This document shows, piece after piece, positions 8,319-18,455 of a stretch of DNA of 64,000 bases; position 1 is the first letter of the stretch; each line of letters opens with the position of its first letter. The position numbers and the translations under genes are program-made. The notes below the pieces were generated by a model. That model was not told the DNA's origin and ran no database searches. It saw nothing but the letters and a program-made list of their open reading frames with translations. This DNA comes from Bacteriovoracaceae bacterium (GTDB lineage Bacteria; Bdellovibrionota; Bacteriovoracia; Bacteriovoracales; Bacteriovoracaceae), in NCBI GenBank assembly GCA_048270185.1, contig JBLWTJ010000005.1:1-64000 (forward strand), read 5' to 3'.

Positions 8319-10043
8319 TTATTTTAAACGTAAGTATTTAACTTTATTAACAACTAGGTCATTAAATCTAAAGTTCTTTAGTCGGTTATGATAGACGATA
8401 TAATCACGTGAGTAGTAGAGAAGAACCCACGGTAGATCATTTAAAACAATCTCCTCGACCTGTGACATAAGTCGATACTTTTCATCATTATCTGAAAGAA
8501 CTTTTATTTCATTAAACTTCTTATCAAAATCAGTATTAGAATAATTTGAAACATTTGGTCCCGGTGCATGATTCTGTGTTGTTAAAAGTTGAAGAACATT
8601 TTCACTGTCTGGGTAATCTAGTGTCCAACCATCAAGCCAAATTTGAAGCTTACCTTCTTTGGCCTTCTTTAAAAAAGCAGGAAAAGTATTTAATTGAATT
8701 TTAATTTTAATGCCAATTGCTTCAAGGTCTTGCTTAAGAAGCTCTGCTCTTTGTCTTTGTGTTGTTGAAGAAGTTCTTGTGTCATAGACTAGTGTTGGAA
8801 GACCCTTTCCTTCTGGGTAACCTGCTTTCTTCAAATACTCTTTTGCCTTCTCCAGATTGTAATTATATGGAAGTTTTTTAGATGGGTCATAACCAGGAAT
8901 CCCTGGAGGATAAATGGAGTTTGCTTTAAGACCAATATTATTTGTAAAAGTCTTAATATACTTATCAACATTTACAGCGTGTGCAATAGCAAGCCTTAGA
9001 TTCTTATTCTTTCCAACGATTGAGTCTTTCATATTGAAAGAAAACCACCAGTAAGTGAAGCTTGAGAAGATATCAAGTGTTATATCCTTATCTTTAAATT
9101 CTTCTGTTAATTCCCCACTAGGTGATACTAGAGAGTGATAATTATCTTTTGGCACTCTTAGAAAATCTAATTTTCCTGATAGGAATTGAAGCCATCTGGT
9201 TTGGGCCTCTTTAATAACATGAAATTCTATCTTATCGATAAATGGTATTCTAAGACCCGCATCTTTCAAAAGATCCTTACTGTGTGCAAAACGATCACCT
9301 TTACCTGGATAGAACTCTTTGTGATAGTGTTCAAAGCGGCTCATGAAAAGCTTTGATCCTCTAAACCATTTATCAAGCTTATAAGGTCCAGTACCAACTA
9401 GCTCATCAATAAAAGTTTCCTTCTTCATAACTTCTTTTGGGATTGGTGAAGTGAAACTCATTGCAAGTGCATTCAACATTTGTGGATAGGGTGCAGTAAG
9501 AGTGATTTCTAGTGTACGTTTATCAAGGGCCTTAAGACCACTAATTGGAGTCGACATTAATTTATTAAAGTCATTTCCTACTTCGTCTCTAAACTTATTA
9601 ATACCCTCTACTCTTCCATCAAAAAGCCACCAACCATTACTGCGATATGGCTTAAATGCAAGTCTCTTAATTTGATTAATAAAATCTTGGGCCTCAACAA
9701 AGCGAGGCTTAGCATTGAAACTTGTATGGTCGTGGTAACGAATTCCTTCTTTGATTTTTATTGTATAAACTTTTCCATCATCTGAAATTTGTGGCATATC
9801 CTCAGCAAGAAGAGGAACTAGCTTTAACGGCTTTCTTAGATAATGGTATTCATATAATTGTTCATAACCTTGATAGATAACAGACATCGATACAGAGTCA
9901 TAGGCATTAACTGGATCAATTGTTGAGATCGATTCTGTAAGTGGAAACCTTAGTGTGTTTCGATCATCCTTAGAAGCTCGACATGATAAAAGTGAAAAAG
10001 TGAATATTAATAGAAATACATTAAATAGGGGAGTCTTGCGCAT
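8319..10043 (-). CDS. ABC peptide transporter substrate-binding lipoprotein (OppA/DppA family)
   Basis: Lipobox LLSC, IDPV, PLLAEDMP, GTGPYKL, WTLDYPDSEN; start moved to MRKTPL. Confidence 0.92.
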   Translation of the reverse strand: MRKTPLFNVFLLIFTFSLLSCRASKDDRNTLRFPLTESISTIDPVNAYDSVSMSVIYQGYEQLYEYHYLRKPLKLVPLLAEDMPQISDDGKVYTIKIKEGIRYHDHTSFNAKPRFVEAQDFINQIKRLAFKPYRSNGWWLFDGRVEGINKFRDEVGNDFNKLMSTPISGLKALDKRTLEITLTAPYPQMLNALAMSFTSPIPKEVMKKETFIDELVGTGPYKLDKWFRGSKLFMSRFEHYHKEFYPGKGDRFAHSKDLLKDAGLRIPFIDKIEFHVIKEAQTRWLQFLSGKLDFLRVPKDNYHSLVSPSGELTEEFKDKDITLDIFSSFTYWWFSFNMKDSIVGKNKNLRLAIAHAVNVDKYIKTFTNNIGLKANSIYPPGIPGYDPSKKLPYNYNLEKAKEYLKKAGYPEGKGLPTLVYDTRTSSTTQRQRAELLKQDLEAIGIKIKIQLNTFPAFLKKAKEGKLQIWLDGWTLDYPDSENVLQLLTTQNHAPGPNVSNYSNTDFDKKFNEIKVLSDNDEKYRLMSQVEEIVLNDLPWVLLYYSRDYIVYHNRLKNFRFNDLVVNKVKYLRLK

Positions 10044-10578
10044 TACTTTCCTCAGCATTTTGAACAAAATTAATTTCAGTATTAATTTTGTCGTATGAAT
10101 GTCCTTTTGACAAAAGAAAGCGTATCAGTTTTTGCTTGAAATTAAAATCCTCTAAGGCCTGAATGCCCTTTGAGCGTGTTTTTTTGAGGATTAATTCACG
10201 AAGTTGATTATCTTCTGTGTATCGATATTCTTCAAAAATTTCGTCAACAACTGATTCCTCGACTGTAAGCCTTTCTGAGCGAAGTTTTGCAATGATATTT
10301 CTCTTTGAGAGACACTTGTACATAAATGTCTTAATTCTTGTTCGAATATATTGTTCTTCGCGCAAATACTGGGCTTCTTCTAAAAAATCGAGGAGTTGAT
10401 CGATATAAGGAGTATATTTCTTTTCGTATAACTTTTGGGATAATTTGTAACGAGAGTAATCACGCTTAGAAAGTAACCAGATGCAGTAGTGATAAGCTCT
10501 TTTAAAAGAACGAATATCGTCTGATTTTGTTTCGGACTCTTGGATAGGAAGTTTATCGATGGTTTCTTTTAAGGTCAT
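10021..10578 (-). CDS. recX: RecA regulator RecX
   Basis: LLSKRDYS...L, KLIRFLLSKGHS; directly downstream of recA. Confidence 0.88.
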   Translation of the reverse strand: MTLKETIDKLPIQESETKSDDIRSFKRAYHYCIWLLSKRDYSRYKLSQKLYEKKYTPYIDQLLDFLEEAQYLREEQYIRTRIKTFMYKCLSKRNIIAKLRSERLTVEESVVDEIFEEYRYTEDNQLRELILKKTRSKGIQALEDFNFKQKLIRFLLSKGHSYDKINTEINFVQNAEESNAQDSPI

Positions 10579-10646
10579 TTAAAAGGGTGCCTCTCATTTT
10601 AATATCTATCATTCGACAGTATAGAAACCTGAGAGGCTATTTTTAA

Positions 10647-11756
10647 TTATTGAACAACTTTCTTAGACTTAGACTTAGCTTTAGTCTTTTTCTCATCTAG
10701 TGGAGCTTCTTCAATGATCTCACCTGTTGCTTGATCAACAACTGAATTATCTTTGATTAGTCCGTGAAGAGTTAAGATCTTATTCTTGATTTCAAGAGCA
10801 ATCTCTGGATTATCAGTTAGGAATTGCTTCGAGTTCTCACGACCTTGCCCAATCTTTGCATCATTATATGAGAACCATGCTCCAGCTTTACCGATGATTC
10901 CATTTGCTACACCAAGATCAATCAGATCACCCATTTGTGAAATTCCTTCTCCATACATAATGTCGAATTCAACAACTTTAAATGGAGGAGCAACTTTATT
11001 TTTAACAACTTTTACTTTAGTTCTATTACCGATAACTTCGTCACCATTTTTGATAGCACCAGTTCTTCTGATATCTAGTCTTACTGAAGAGTAGAATTTA
11101 AGAGCATTACCACCTGTTGTCGTTTCTGGGTTACCGAACATTACACCAATTTTCATACGAAGTTGGTTGATGAAGATTACTGTTGTATTTGAACGGTTGA
11201 TTGAACCTGTAAGCTTTCTTAGTGCTTGTGACATAAGTCTTGCTTGAAGACCCATGTGTGAATCACCCATATCACCTTCAAGCTCCGCACGTGGAGTAAG
11301 AGCTGCTACTGAGTCAACGATCAGAAGATCAACCGCACCTGAGCGTACTAGCATATCAGTGATTTCTAGGGCCTGTTCACCACTATCTGGTTGAGAGATT
11401 AGTGTATTAGGAATATCAACACCTAGCTTTTGAGCATAAACTGTATCTAGTGCGTGTTCTGCATCGATGAATGCAACAGTACCACCAGCTCTTTGACACT
11501 CAGCTGCGATGTGTAGAGTTAATGTTGTTTTACCTGAAGACTCTGGTCCGTAAATTTCAATGATACGTCCCTTCGGAACACCACCAACTCCAAGAGCAAG
11601 GTCAAGTCCAAGACAACTTGTTGGGATCGCAGGAATCTTCTCTGGACCATTCTCGTTATCAAGTTTCATGATGGCACCTTTACCGAATTGTTTTTCAATT
11701 GTTGAAAGTGCTAGATCTAATGCTTTTTGCTTGTTGTTTGATTCTGTTGTCGCCAT
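10647..11756 (-). CDS. recA: Recombinase A
   Basis: [25 protein letters not shown]; no intein or intron. Confidence 0.99.
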   Translation of the reverse strand: MATTESNNKQKALDLALSTIEKQFGKGAIMKLDNENGPEKIPAIPTSCLGLDLALGVGGVPKGRIIEIYGPESSGKTTLTLHIAAECQRAGGTVAFIDAEHALDTVYAQKLGVDIPNTLISQPDSGEQALEITDMLVRSGAVDLLIVDSVAALTPRAELEGDMGDSHMGLQARLMSQALRKLTGSINRSNTTVIFINQLRMKIGVMFGNPETTTGGNALKFYSSVRLDIRRTGAIKNGDEVIGNRTKVKVVKNKVAPPFKVVEFDIMYGEGISQMGDLIDLGVANGIIGKAGAWFSYNDAKIGQGRENSKQFLTDNPEIALEIKNKILTLHGLIKDNSVVDQATGEIIEEAPLDEKKTKAKSKSKKVVQ

Positions 11757-11926
11757 AAGGTCTCCGTGTTTTTTATATGTTCTATCAAATTTCTTAGTTA
11801 TCAGCTAATGCAAAATAGGAAATTTTAAACTCACCTTAAGTCTTAAATAATATTGAGATCATCTAAATGACTTTCTAGTTTTTAACTTTAGGCTTACTTA
11901 TATTTTTAGCGTAAGTTTTGCGTAAG

Positions 11927-12445
11927 TCAAGGGATAAATTCTAACAATTTGAAAGTAAGAATATAGACAATCCCCGCTAATAGACCAGCTGCAACATCGT
12001 CGAGAATCGTTCCTATAGCGTCTTTGCGAGCATCAAGGGCTCCAACGGGCCATGGTTTCCAGATATCAAATAAGCGAAATAAAATAAAAATAAATGCGTA
12101 ACTTAAGGCGGAGTGATCGAGAATGAAGAATGACGCAATCCATATTCCAATTACCTCATCAATTACGATCCATGATGGGTCATGTGTTTCATATTCTCTT
12201 TCAACAACTCCTGTGATGTAGACTGCTCCTACTGTCAAAATCAACAAAAAAGGAATAAAGAAAAAGAAAGGCATATTAAGTTTTCCCACAAAATAGAGTG
12301 GAATTATTGTTGCTAGACTTCCGGCCGTGCCAGGTGCTTTAGGTGCCAGTCCTGAGCCGAAGAAAGTTAAAAATAAAATTCTTAAATCAGTTAGTGATTT
12401 AAATGTCAGTTTTTTTGTATTTTTTAGCTGATTTTCTGTCTTCAT
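11927..12445 (-). CDS. pgpA: Phosphatidylglycerophosphatase A
   Basis: APGTAGS, DPSWIVIDEVIG, FRLFDIWKPWP, LDDVAAG. Confidence 0.96.
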   Translation of the reverse strand: MKTENQLKNTKKLTFKSLTDLRILFLTFFGSGLAPKAPGTAGSLATIIPLYFVGKLNMPFFFFIPFLLILTVGAVYITGVVEREYETHDPSWIVIDEVIGIWIASFFILDHSALSYAFIFILFRLFDIWKPWPVGALDARKDAIGTILDDVAAGLLAGIVYILTFKLLEFIP

Positions 12446-12489
12446 GGGCTTATGGTAGCATTACTAATCGTTTAGAACAAAGTAACTTT

Positions 12490-13719
12490 ATGAATAGACC
12501 TGATTATTTAAAGAATTATATTTTTGACTGGGATGTCTTTGATGTCGTTGTAGGTGGTAAGTCCGCCCTCGACTCAAACTTCTTTGTAGCGAAGTTAGAT
12601 GACATTACAGAAGTAAATAAGTTCTTGAAAGGATATGGCCTTGATGCAGAAGATCCTGTGTCTCGGGCTGAGTTATTTGGAAACTTTCAAGAAGCGGTAC
12701 AATTCATAAAAAGATACTTTCTAAAAGACGGTACTCCTGATGGCCTTGATCTAGAGATTCCAAATTCACTTTATACTGTAACTGATATCAGTGGACTTTT
12801 CTTGATGGCAACTGGTAACTCTGAACATAGTGTAGAAGAACAGTTATGGGCAGAAATTGTTTTAAAAGTTATGCACACGATTCTTCATGCCGATAAGGAT
12901 CTTCGTTCAAATTACTTTAATCAAATTCAAACTCAGATTTTTGATAAGTTTTATCGCTTCTTAAATCGAGATACAGATAATAACCTTTATCTGAAAGCAG
13001 GGGATATAACAATTCCATTGGTCGACTTCGAGACGAAGTCAAAAAAGTCTCGTGATAGTGTAATTATTAAACTTCTTCACAAAGCTGAAAATGTAGCAGA
13101 AGAATTATTTGATCGAGTTGGAGTACGTTTAGTAACAAGAAATAAATTGGATATTATTAAGGTTGTTCAGTTTCTTATTCGAAATTACATCATCACTCCT
13201 CATAATATTAAACCTTCACGTTCTCTTAATACGATTTTTGATATTAACTTATTTCGCCAGAAATACTCTGGCCTTGTAAAAATGGCCTTAAGAAATAACT
13301 TGTCTGAAGAACGATTTATTTCTGCTGTTAATCGTGAGATCGATGAATGTAGTTTTGAAAATCTTGAGAGTGAGAGAAATCTACACTCATCTGCAAAGTA
13401 TCGTTCTGTTCAGTTTACATGTCGACAATTGATTAAGTATAAGAATCCATTTCTGGCAGAGTTCTTTAAGCTAAGAAAGCTTGCTAAGGAAGAGGATTCA
13501 GCCGTTGCAAAAGAACTTCTAGGACTTGATTTCTCTTCACTATCGCGAGATATTCGTTTCTTCTATCCATTTGAAGTTCAAGTGGTTGATGAAAATTCTT
13601 ATAGAATTAATTCTGAAGGAGAGGCTTCTCATTCAGAATATAAGAAAGCACAACGTATATATGCTATGAATCGAGTTTTCAAAAAATTACTGATTCATAA
13701 AGGCTTAGTTCAAGAATAA
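12490..13719 (+). CDS. TIGR04552-like protein with RelA/SpoT-type nucleotidyltransferase motifs
   Basis: KKSRDSVIIKLLHK, FDRVGVR, YRSVQF, FEVQV, SHSEYK; start moved to MNRPDY. Confidence 0.75.
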   Translation: MNRPDYLKNYIFDWDVFDVVVGGKSALDSNFFVAKLDDITEVNKFLKGYGLDAEDPVSRAELFGNFQEAVQFIKRYFLKDGTPDGLDLEIPNSLYTVTDISGLFLMATGNSEHSVEEQLWAEIVLKVMHTILHADKDLRSNYFNQIQTQIFDKFYRFLNRDTDNNLYLKAGDITIPLVDFETKSKKSRDSVIIKLLHKAENVAEELFDRVGVRLVTRNKLDIIKVVQFLIRNYIITPHNIKPSRSLNTIFDINLFRQKYSGLVKMALRNNLSEERFISAVNREIDECSFENLESERNLHSSAKYRSVQFTCRQLIKYKNPFLAEFFKLRKLAKEEDSAVAKELLGLDFSSLSRDIRFFYPFEVQVVDENSYRINSEGEASHSEYKKAQRIYAMNRVFKKLLIHKGLVQE

Positions 13720-14586
13720 TTCAATTCTTTCATTGATAAACTCATGAAAATCGACCTGTGGAACGTGGCTTCCATTTTTTACAATATACAGTTCTGAATT
13801 CGGCAGACCTTTATGAAGAATGGTTTGAAGATAATTAGGAATAACCTTATCTTTATCTCCACCAATGACTAGTGTAGGGACCTTTATTTCACTAAGTTTG
13901 TTAATTACTTTTTGATCGCGCATTTGATTTAGTAGTTGGAAGAAAATATCGGGACTTAGTTCTCCAAGTTTTTTCATGTAATACTCAACAAACTCAAGCT
14001 TCGTTTTCTTTGTGTTAAAGCCACCATTCCAAACCATAAGGCTTGCTAGGGGATTGAGATAGGCTTTCTCCCAGGCAAAGTTAAATTGACTCTTCCATTT
14101 CTTCTTTATTTCTTCAAGATAAGGCTGGGCCATGTCCACAATATTGGAGTCGAACATAATGTCTTGAGGAGGGAAGATAGTTCCAGAGATAAGAATCATT
14201 TTTTTTACTTCTTGTGGATAACGAAATGCATACTCAAGAGTAACGTTTACTCCCATTGAGTGACCAATATGAAACGTGGATTTTATATTAAGATGATTAA
14301 TTAATTGATTTAAATCTTTTGTAATATTTTCGAAAGTAATAGAAGAGATACCTTCAGATGTTGTTGATTCATAGTGACCGCGATAATCGTGTAATAATAT
14401 TTTGTAACCGAGTTCTTCGAAGAAATCGATTTGATATTGGAAGTGTCTAATATTGCAAACTAGTCCATAGTTAAAGACGATAACTTCATAATGTTCATGA
14501 GAGTCATCAATATTTGTCCAATATTGAATAGTCGTTTTTTCATCAATCTCTAATAATCTTGGATTATTCTTCCAGGAATTGTTCAT
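13705..14586 (-). CDS. Alpha/beta hydrolase
   Basis: DYRGH, GHSMG nucleophile, GDKD, GSH catalytic triad. Confidence 0.93.
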   Translation of the reverse strand: MNNSWKNNPRLLEIDEKTTIQYWTNIDDSHEHYEVIVFNYGLVCNIRHFQYQIDFFEELGYKILLHDYRGHYESTTSEGISSITFENITKDLNQLINHLNIKSTFHIGHSMGVNVTLEYAFRYPQEVKKMILISGTIFPPQDIMFDSNIVDMAQPYLEEIKKKWKSQFNFAWEKAYLNPLASLMVWNGGFNTKKTKLEFVEYYMKKLGELSPDIFFQLLNQMRDQKVINKLSEIKVPTLVIGGDKDKVIPNYLQTILHKGLPNSELYIVKNGSHVPQVDFHEFINERIELFLN

Positions 14587-15001
14587 CGTAGTAACCAGTT
14601 AATTGAATATAGTGGTTTTCCAATGCAGTAAGAAATTTATATTTTGCGGGCTCAGATTCTCTGATTTCCTCAAGATATTTATAATATTCATCTGCTTGAT
14701 GCGATTCACTAAATTCGTATGAAAGAACTTTAATTATTAAATTTTCAATTTCAATAATATCATTTTCTTTAAGTTTAATAATTCCACTAACTTGTTTTCT
14801 ATTTACAAGGTATTGCTTTGAGGTAACAAATGTTAGAGAGTTACCAAGATTCTTAAATGCACCTAGGCGATTATCAACACTTTTATGATCGATTGGGATT
14901 GTATTATGAATTGAGCGGCCAATGAATATTCTTGGAAAATATAATTTGTATTGTCCGATCGCCAATGCATCTGGGGCATCAATAATTTCTAGGTGAATCA
15001 T
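14564..15001 (-). CDS. FHA-like domain protein
   Basis: IFIGRS, LVN, LKENDIIEI pattern; phosphothreonine-binding residues only partly kept. Confidence 0.6.
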   Translation of the reverse strand: MIHLEIIDAPDALAIGQYKLYFPRIFIGRSIHNTIPIDHKSVDNRLGAFKNLGNSLTFVTSKQYLVNRKQVSGIIKLKENDIIEIENLIIKVLSYEFSESHQADEYYKYLEEIRESEPAKYKFLTALENHYIQLTGYYDEQFLEE

Positions 15002-15026
15002 TTTATTATTTTACACCACAGTGAAA

Positions 15027-17105
15027 TTAAATCGTAGTGTAAACTTTTTCATCGTGAGACATTTTTTCGATGATAGCTTCAAATTGCTCGGGATACTTCC
15101 TAACATCCTCAATGGCCTCGTAGAGGATATCTTGATTAAGAACAATATTTGCAAGTTTCTTTTGAGTCACGACACCTGATTGCTCTTGACCAAATAGGTC
15201 ACCTTCTCCGCGAATCTTAAGATCTTCTTCTGCAATCTTAAATCCGTCAGTATATTTTTCGATAACCTGAAGCCTTTGCATACTATCAGGAGTGATTTCA
15301 CGATCTGTGACGAGAAAGCAAAAGCCAGGCTTATCGCCTCGTCCAACTCGGCCTCTCATTTGATGAAGTGAGCTTAGCCCAAATCTTTCAGGACTTAAGA
15401 TGGCCATTACTGTCGAATTAATAATATTGATTCCAACTTCAATAACTGAAGTTGCAACGAGGATATCTGTCTTATGCTCCTTGAAGTCTGTGATGGCATT
15501 CTGCTTTTCGTCAGAAGACATTTTTCCATGAAGAGCAGCTATACGATATTCTGGGAAGTACTTCTTGTAGAGCTCATAAGTGTGCTCTAGGTTTCTGATG
15601 TCTTCATTTTCAGATTCTTCAATTGCTGGAACAACAACATAGACCTGTTCTTTCATTTCGAGTCTAGTCTTAACAAAGCTTAAGTAATTTTGAAGATTGC
15701 CATTAGTTACAATGCGTGTTTTTTGACCTTTGCGTCCTCCTGGCATTGTTTTGATAATTGAAATATCAAGATCACCATATTTTGTAAGACTTAAAGATCG
15801 TGGAATTGGGGTTGCCGACATAATTAAGCAGTGAGGATTGTCTCCCTTTTGAGTTAGGCGAATCCTTTGTTCAACACCAAATTTGTGCTGTTCATCGATA
15901 ATGGCAAGTTGTAGATTTTTAAAATTTACTGAGTCTTGAAAAAGAGCATGAGTTCCAATGATAAAATCAATATCACCATTTTCTAATTCAATATTAATCT
16001 CTTTCTTAGTACTTGATTTTGTACTTCCAACCAAAAGCTTAACTTTATACTCACTCCCAAGAATCTCTTCGATTTCTCGAAAGTGTTGAAGTGCAAGAGT
16101 TTCTGTTGGACACATTAGGGCAACTTGTCCACCTGTTTTTAATATGAGAAATGCCGAGGCTACCGCCACAGTTGTCTTTCCACAACCAACATCACCTTGA
16201 ATCAGTCTCATTGAAGGTGTTTCACTTCTAAAATCATTAACAATATCGTTTAATGACTTGTCTTGATCCACTGTTAATTCGTATGGGTAGAGATGCTTTG
16301 ATTCTTTTACTAAATTATCATCAATCTTAAGCTTTTCACGAGTTAGTTGATCTCGTTTATTCTTTCTAAGTTTTATCTTTAATTGATCATAAATGAATTC
16401 TTCATAGATAATTCTCTTCTTTGCTTCTTCAAATTTTTCTTGGCTCCAGTCATTTGGAGATACACGACCATGAAGGTATTTAAAAGCCAGAGAGCGACTA
16501 AGAAGATTCTTCTCCTGAATGATATCTTCAGGAATGACTTCAGGAATATTATTCCAAAAGCCATTAGGAAGTTTATCAAAAACTTTTTGAATATGATGAG
16601 ACTTGACACTATCAACAGTCGGGTAGGTAATACGAAGTCCGCTTTCTGTGTCAGATTTACCAAGTTCAAATATTTCCGGATTAACAATTTGTAATGACTC
16701 ATTGAAGACGGATACGACTCCGAGAAATTCCAATTTCTTTAAACCTTCAAGTTTCTTTTGAATTGATTGATAAGAGTTAAACCATTTAAGGGTAATAAGA
16801 TTTTCACTTAAGTCGTCTTTGATCGTAGCTGTAATATTCAAGAGTACAGCACGGCCTTTGCCGCGAGATTTGAAATTAGGGATGGCCCTAATCGAAACGA
16901 CCTCTCCTCGACCTCGAAAGAAGTCTCCAATATTGGCAAATTGAAATGCTGCTATTTCTGGGAGTTTCACAATTCGCCTTGGCATAAGCCAAAGCAAATC
17001 GTTTATAGTCTGAATATTTTTCTTTTGAAGCGCTTCGAGAGTTTTTGTAGGCTTAGTATATAAGTCGGAAATTTGAGTATTTAGAATATCTCTACTTGTA
17101 CTCAA
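15027..17105 (-). CDS. recG: ATP-dependent DNA helicase RecG
   Basis: QGDVGCGKT, DEQHKFG, SATPIPR, HQMRGRVGR, DLKIRGEG; probable TTG start overlapping the end of greA. Confidence 0.96.
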   Translation of the reverse strand: MSTSRDILNTQISDLYTKPTKTLEALQKKNIQTINDLLWLMPRRIVKLPEIAAFQFANIGDFFRGRGEVVSIRAIPNFKSRGKGRAVLLNITATIKDDLSENLITLKWFNSYQSIQKKLEGLKKLEFLGVVSVFNESLQIVNPEIFELGKSDTESGLRITYPTVDSVKSHHIQKVFDKLPNGFWNNIPEVIPEDIIQEKNLLSRSLAFKYLHGRVSPNDWSQEKFEEAKKRIIYEEFIYDQLKIKLRKNKRDQLTREKLKIDDNLVKESKHLYPYELTVDQDKSLNDIVNDFRSETPSMRLIQGDVGCGKTTVAVASAFLILKTGGQVALMCPTETLALQHFREIEEILGSEYKVKLLVGSTKSSTKKEINIELENGDIDFIIGTHALFQDSVNFKNLQLAIIDEQHKFGVEQRIRLTQKGDNPHCLIMSATPIPRSLSLTKYGDLDISIIKTMPGGRKGQKTRIVTNGNLQNYLSFVKTRLEMKEQVYVVVPAIEESENEDIRNLEHTYELYKKYFPEYRIAALHGKMSSDEKQNAITDFKEHKTDILVATSVIEVGINIINSTVMAILSPERFGLSSLHQMRGRVGRGDKPGFCFLVTDREITPDSMQRLQVIEKYTDGFKIAEEDLKIRGEGDLFGQEQSGVVTQKKLANIVLNQDILYEAIEDVRKYPEQFEAIIEKMSHDEKVYTTI

Positions 17106-17565
17106 TGCTCTCCACCTCATATTCGATATTGCCTTTTGGTGCACGAACAATGACTTCATCGCCTTCTTCTTTACCAATTAGGGCCTTACCTAGTGGACTG
17201 CTATATGAAATTAGTCCCTTCTTCATATCTGACTCAGGCTCACCAACAATCTTATAAGTAAGAGTTTCGTCAGTATCAACATTGACAATAGTTACTGTTG
17301 CACCAAAAACAATTTTATCTGATTCAACTGTACTTGGATCAATAACTTCTGAGCTTGCAATGATCCCTTGAAGTTGTGAGATTCTTCCTTCAACAACGCC
17401 TTGTTTTTCTTTAGCAGCATGGTACTCAGCATTCTCTTTAAGATCTCCAAGTTCACGTGCTTCTGCAATTGTAACTTTAAGTTCTTCTCTTTCTACTTTA
17501 ATGAGGTGATCAAGCTCTGCTTGAACTGCATCGTAGCCTTGTTTAGTTATTGGTTGAGTCGACAT
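17092..17565 (-). CDS. greA: Transcription elongation factor GreA
   Basis: GDLKENAEYHAAK, ISYSSPLGKALIG. Confidence 0.98.
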   Translation of the reverse strand: MSTQPITKQGYDAVQAELDHLIKVEREELKVTIAEARELGDLKENAEYHAAKEKQGVVEGRISQLQGIIASSEVIDPSTVESDKIVFGATVTIVNVDTDETLTYKIVGEPESDMKKGLISYSSPLGKALIGKEEGDEVIVRAPKGNIEYEVESIEYK

Positions 17566-17576
17566 ATTTGATTCCT

Positions 17577-17873
17577 TTATTTAAATAATGCATTTGCTGC
17601 GGCGAGAATATCATCTTTCTGATCCCCTCCATCATCGCTACCTTTGAGAATAAAATAATCACAAAAGTTAGCCTTTTCTTTTTCAACGATACGATCAGCA
17701 CTTGTCTCTCGACATTCGTTATATGCAGTTATGTCATAGAATGAGCACATTTTACAACAATGTATACTGGCGTAGCAATAAGGGCATTCTTCGGTTCTTA
17801 AAATTCTTTGACCGGGCGATAAATCGAGTTCCTTATGACACGCGTGGCAATTAATTTCTTTCTTCGTTAACAT
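17577..17873 (-). CDS. Small cysteine-rich, probably zinc-binding hypothetical protein
   Basis: CHAC, CPYC, CCKMC and two more Cys; ATG overlaps the upstream stop (TAATG). Confidence 0.75.
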   Translation of the reverse strand: MLTKKEINCHACHKELDLSPGQRILRTEECPYCYASIHCCKMCSFYDITAYNECRETSADRIVEKEKANFCDYFILKGSDDGGDQKDDILAAANALFK

Positions 17874-18364
17874 TAAAAGCTCCAACTTTTTTCAATGTAG
17901 ACGTCTGGTGTATTAATTGAATCATCTGATTTTAAGAAGATTTTAGGCTCTTGTCTTTTATTATATTCATCAATACTGCGATATAGCAGCTCTTCATTGG
18001 CCGTTTGGATAGTCTTAGATAGTAAGTAATTAAGAACAAGAACGACGGCCCCTGATGCAATTAATGTTCTTTTAGTATTTGTACTTGGGTTAGTTAAAAA
18101 AGCTGAAAGTACTAGGCCGCTACCGACTGTTCCCATTATTGCCGGGCGCCAAATATCTTCTTGTGAAGACTGATAGTCATTTAGATAGCTTAGCGCCACT
18201 TTATCTTTTTCAAGGTGATATCTTAGCCCTTCTCCTTTAAGAGATGAACTTGGGTCAATAAGAATTTCTTGCTGATTAATTACTGCGACGCGTGAGCAAG
18301 TCTCATCATTTGCTGAAATGAATGTTGAAAATAATAATGTAGCGATTATAAATAATTCTTTCAC
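17873..18364 (-). CDS. Exported/membrane hypothetical protein
   Basis: GTG start, signal peptide, two hydrophobic segments. Confidence 0.75.
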   Translation of the reverse strand: MKELFIIATLLFSTFISANDETCSRVAVINQQEILIDPSSSLKGEGLRYHLEKDKVALSYLNDYQSSQEDIWRPAIMGTVGSGLVLSAFLTNPSTNTKRTLIASGAVVLVLNYLLSKTIQTANEELLYRSIDEYNKRQEPKIFLKSDDSINTPDVYIEKSWSF

Positions 18365-18455
18365 ACTATATTTTTACCACTTTTCTTCCAATAGGGCTAT
18401 GCACCTTTTGATCGTGTCGTGATAAAATAAATTTAATTAAAAGAAAGGAATTTTT

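Noticed and set aside
11892..11927. GCGTAAGT direct repeat (11909, 11920) and a TTAC half-site upstream of recA as a LexA box
   Set aside because: Half-site spacing does not give a compact palindrome, and the element lies right at the pgpA 3' end, about 150 nt from recA; it may be a weak terminator.
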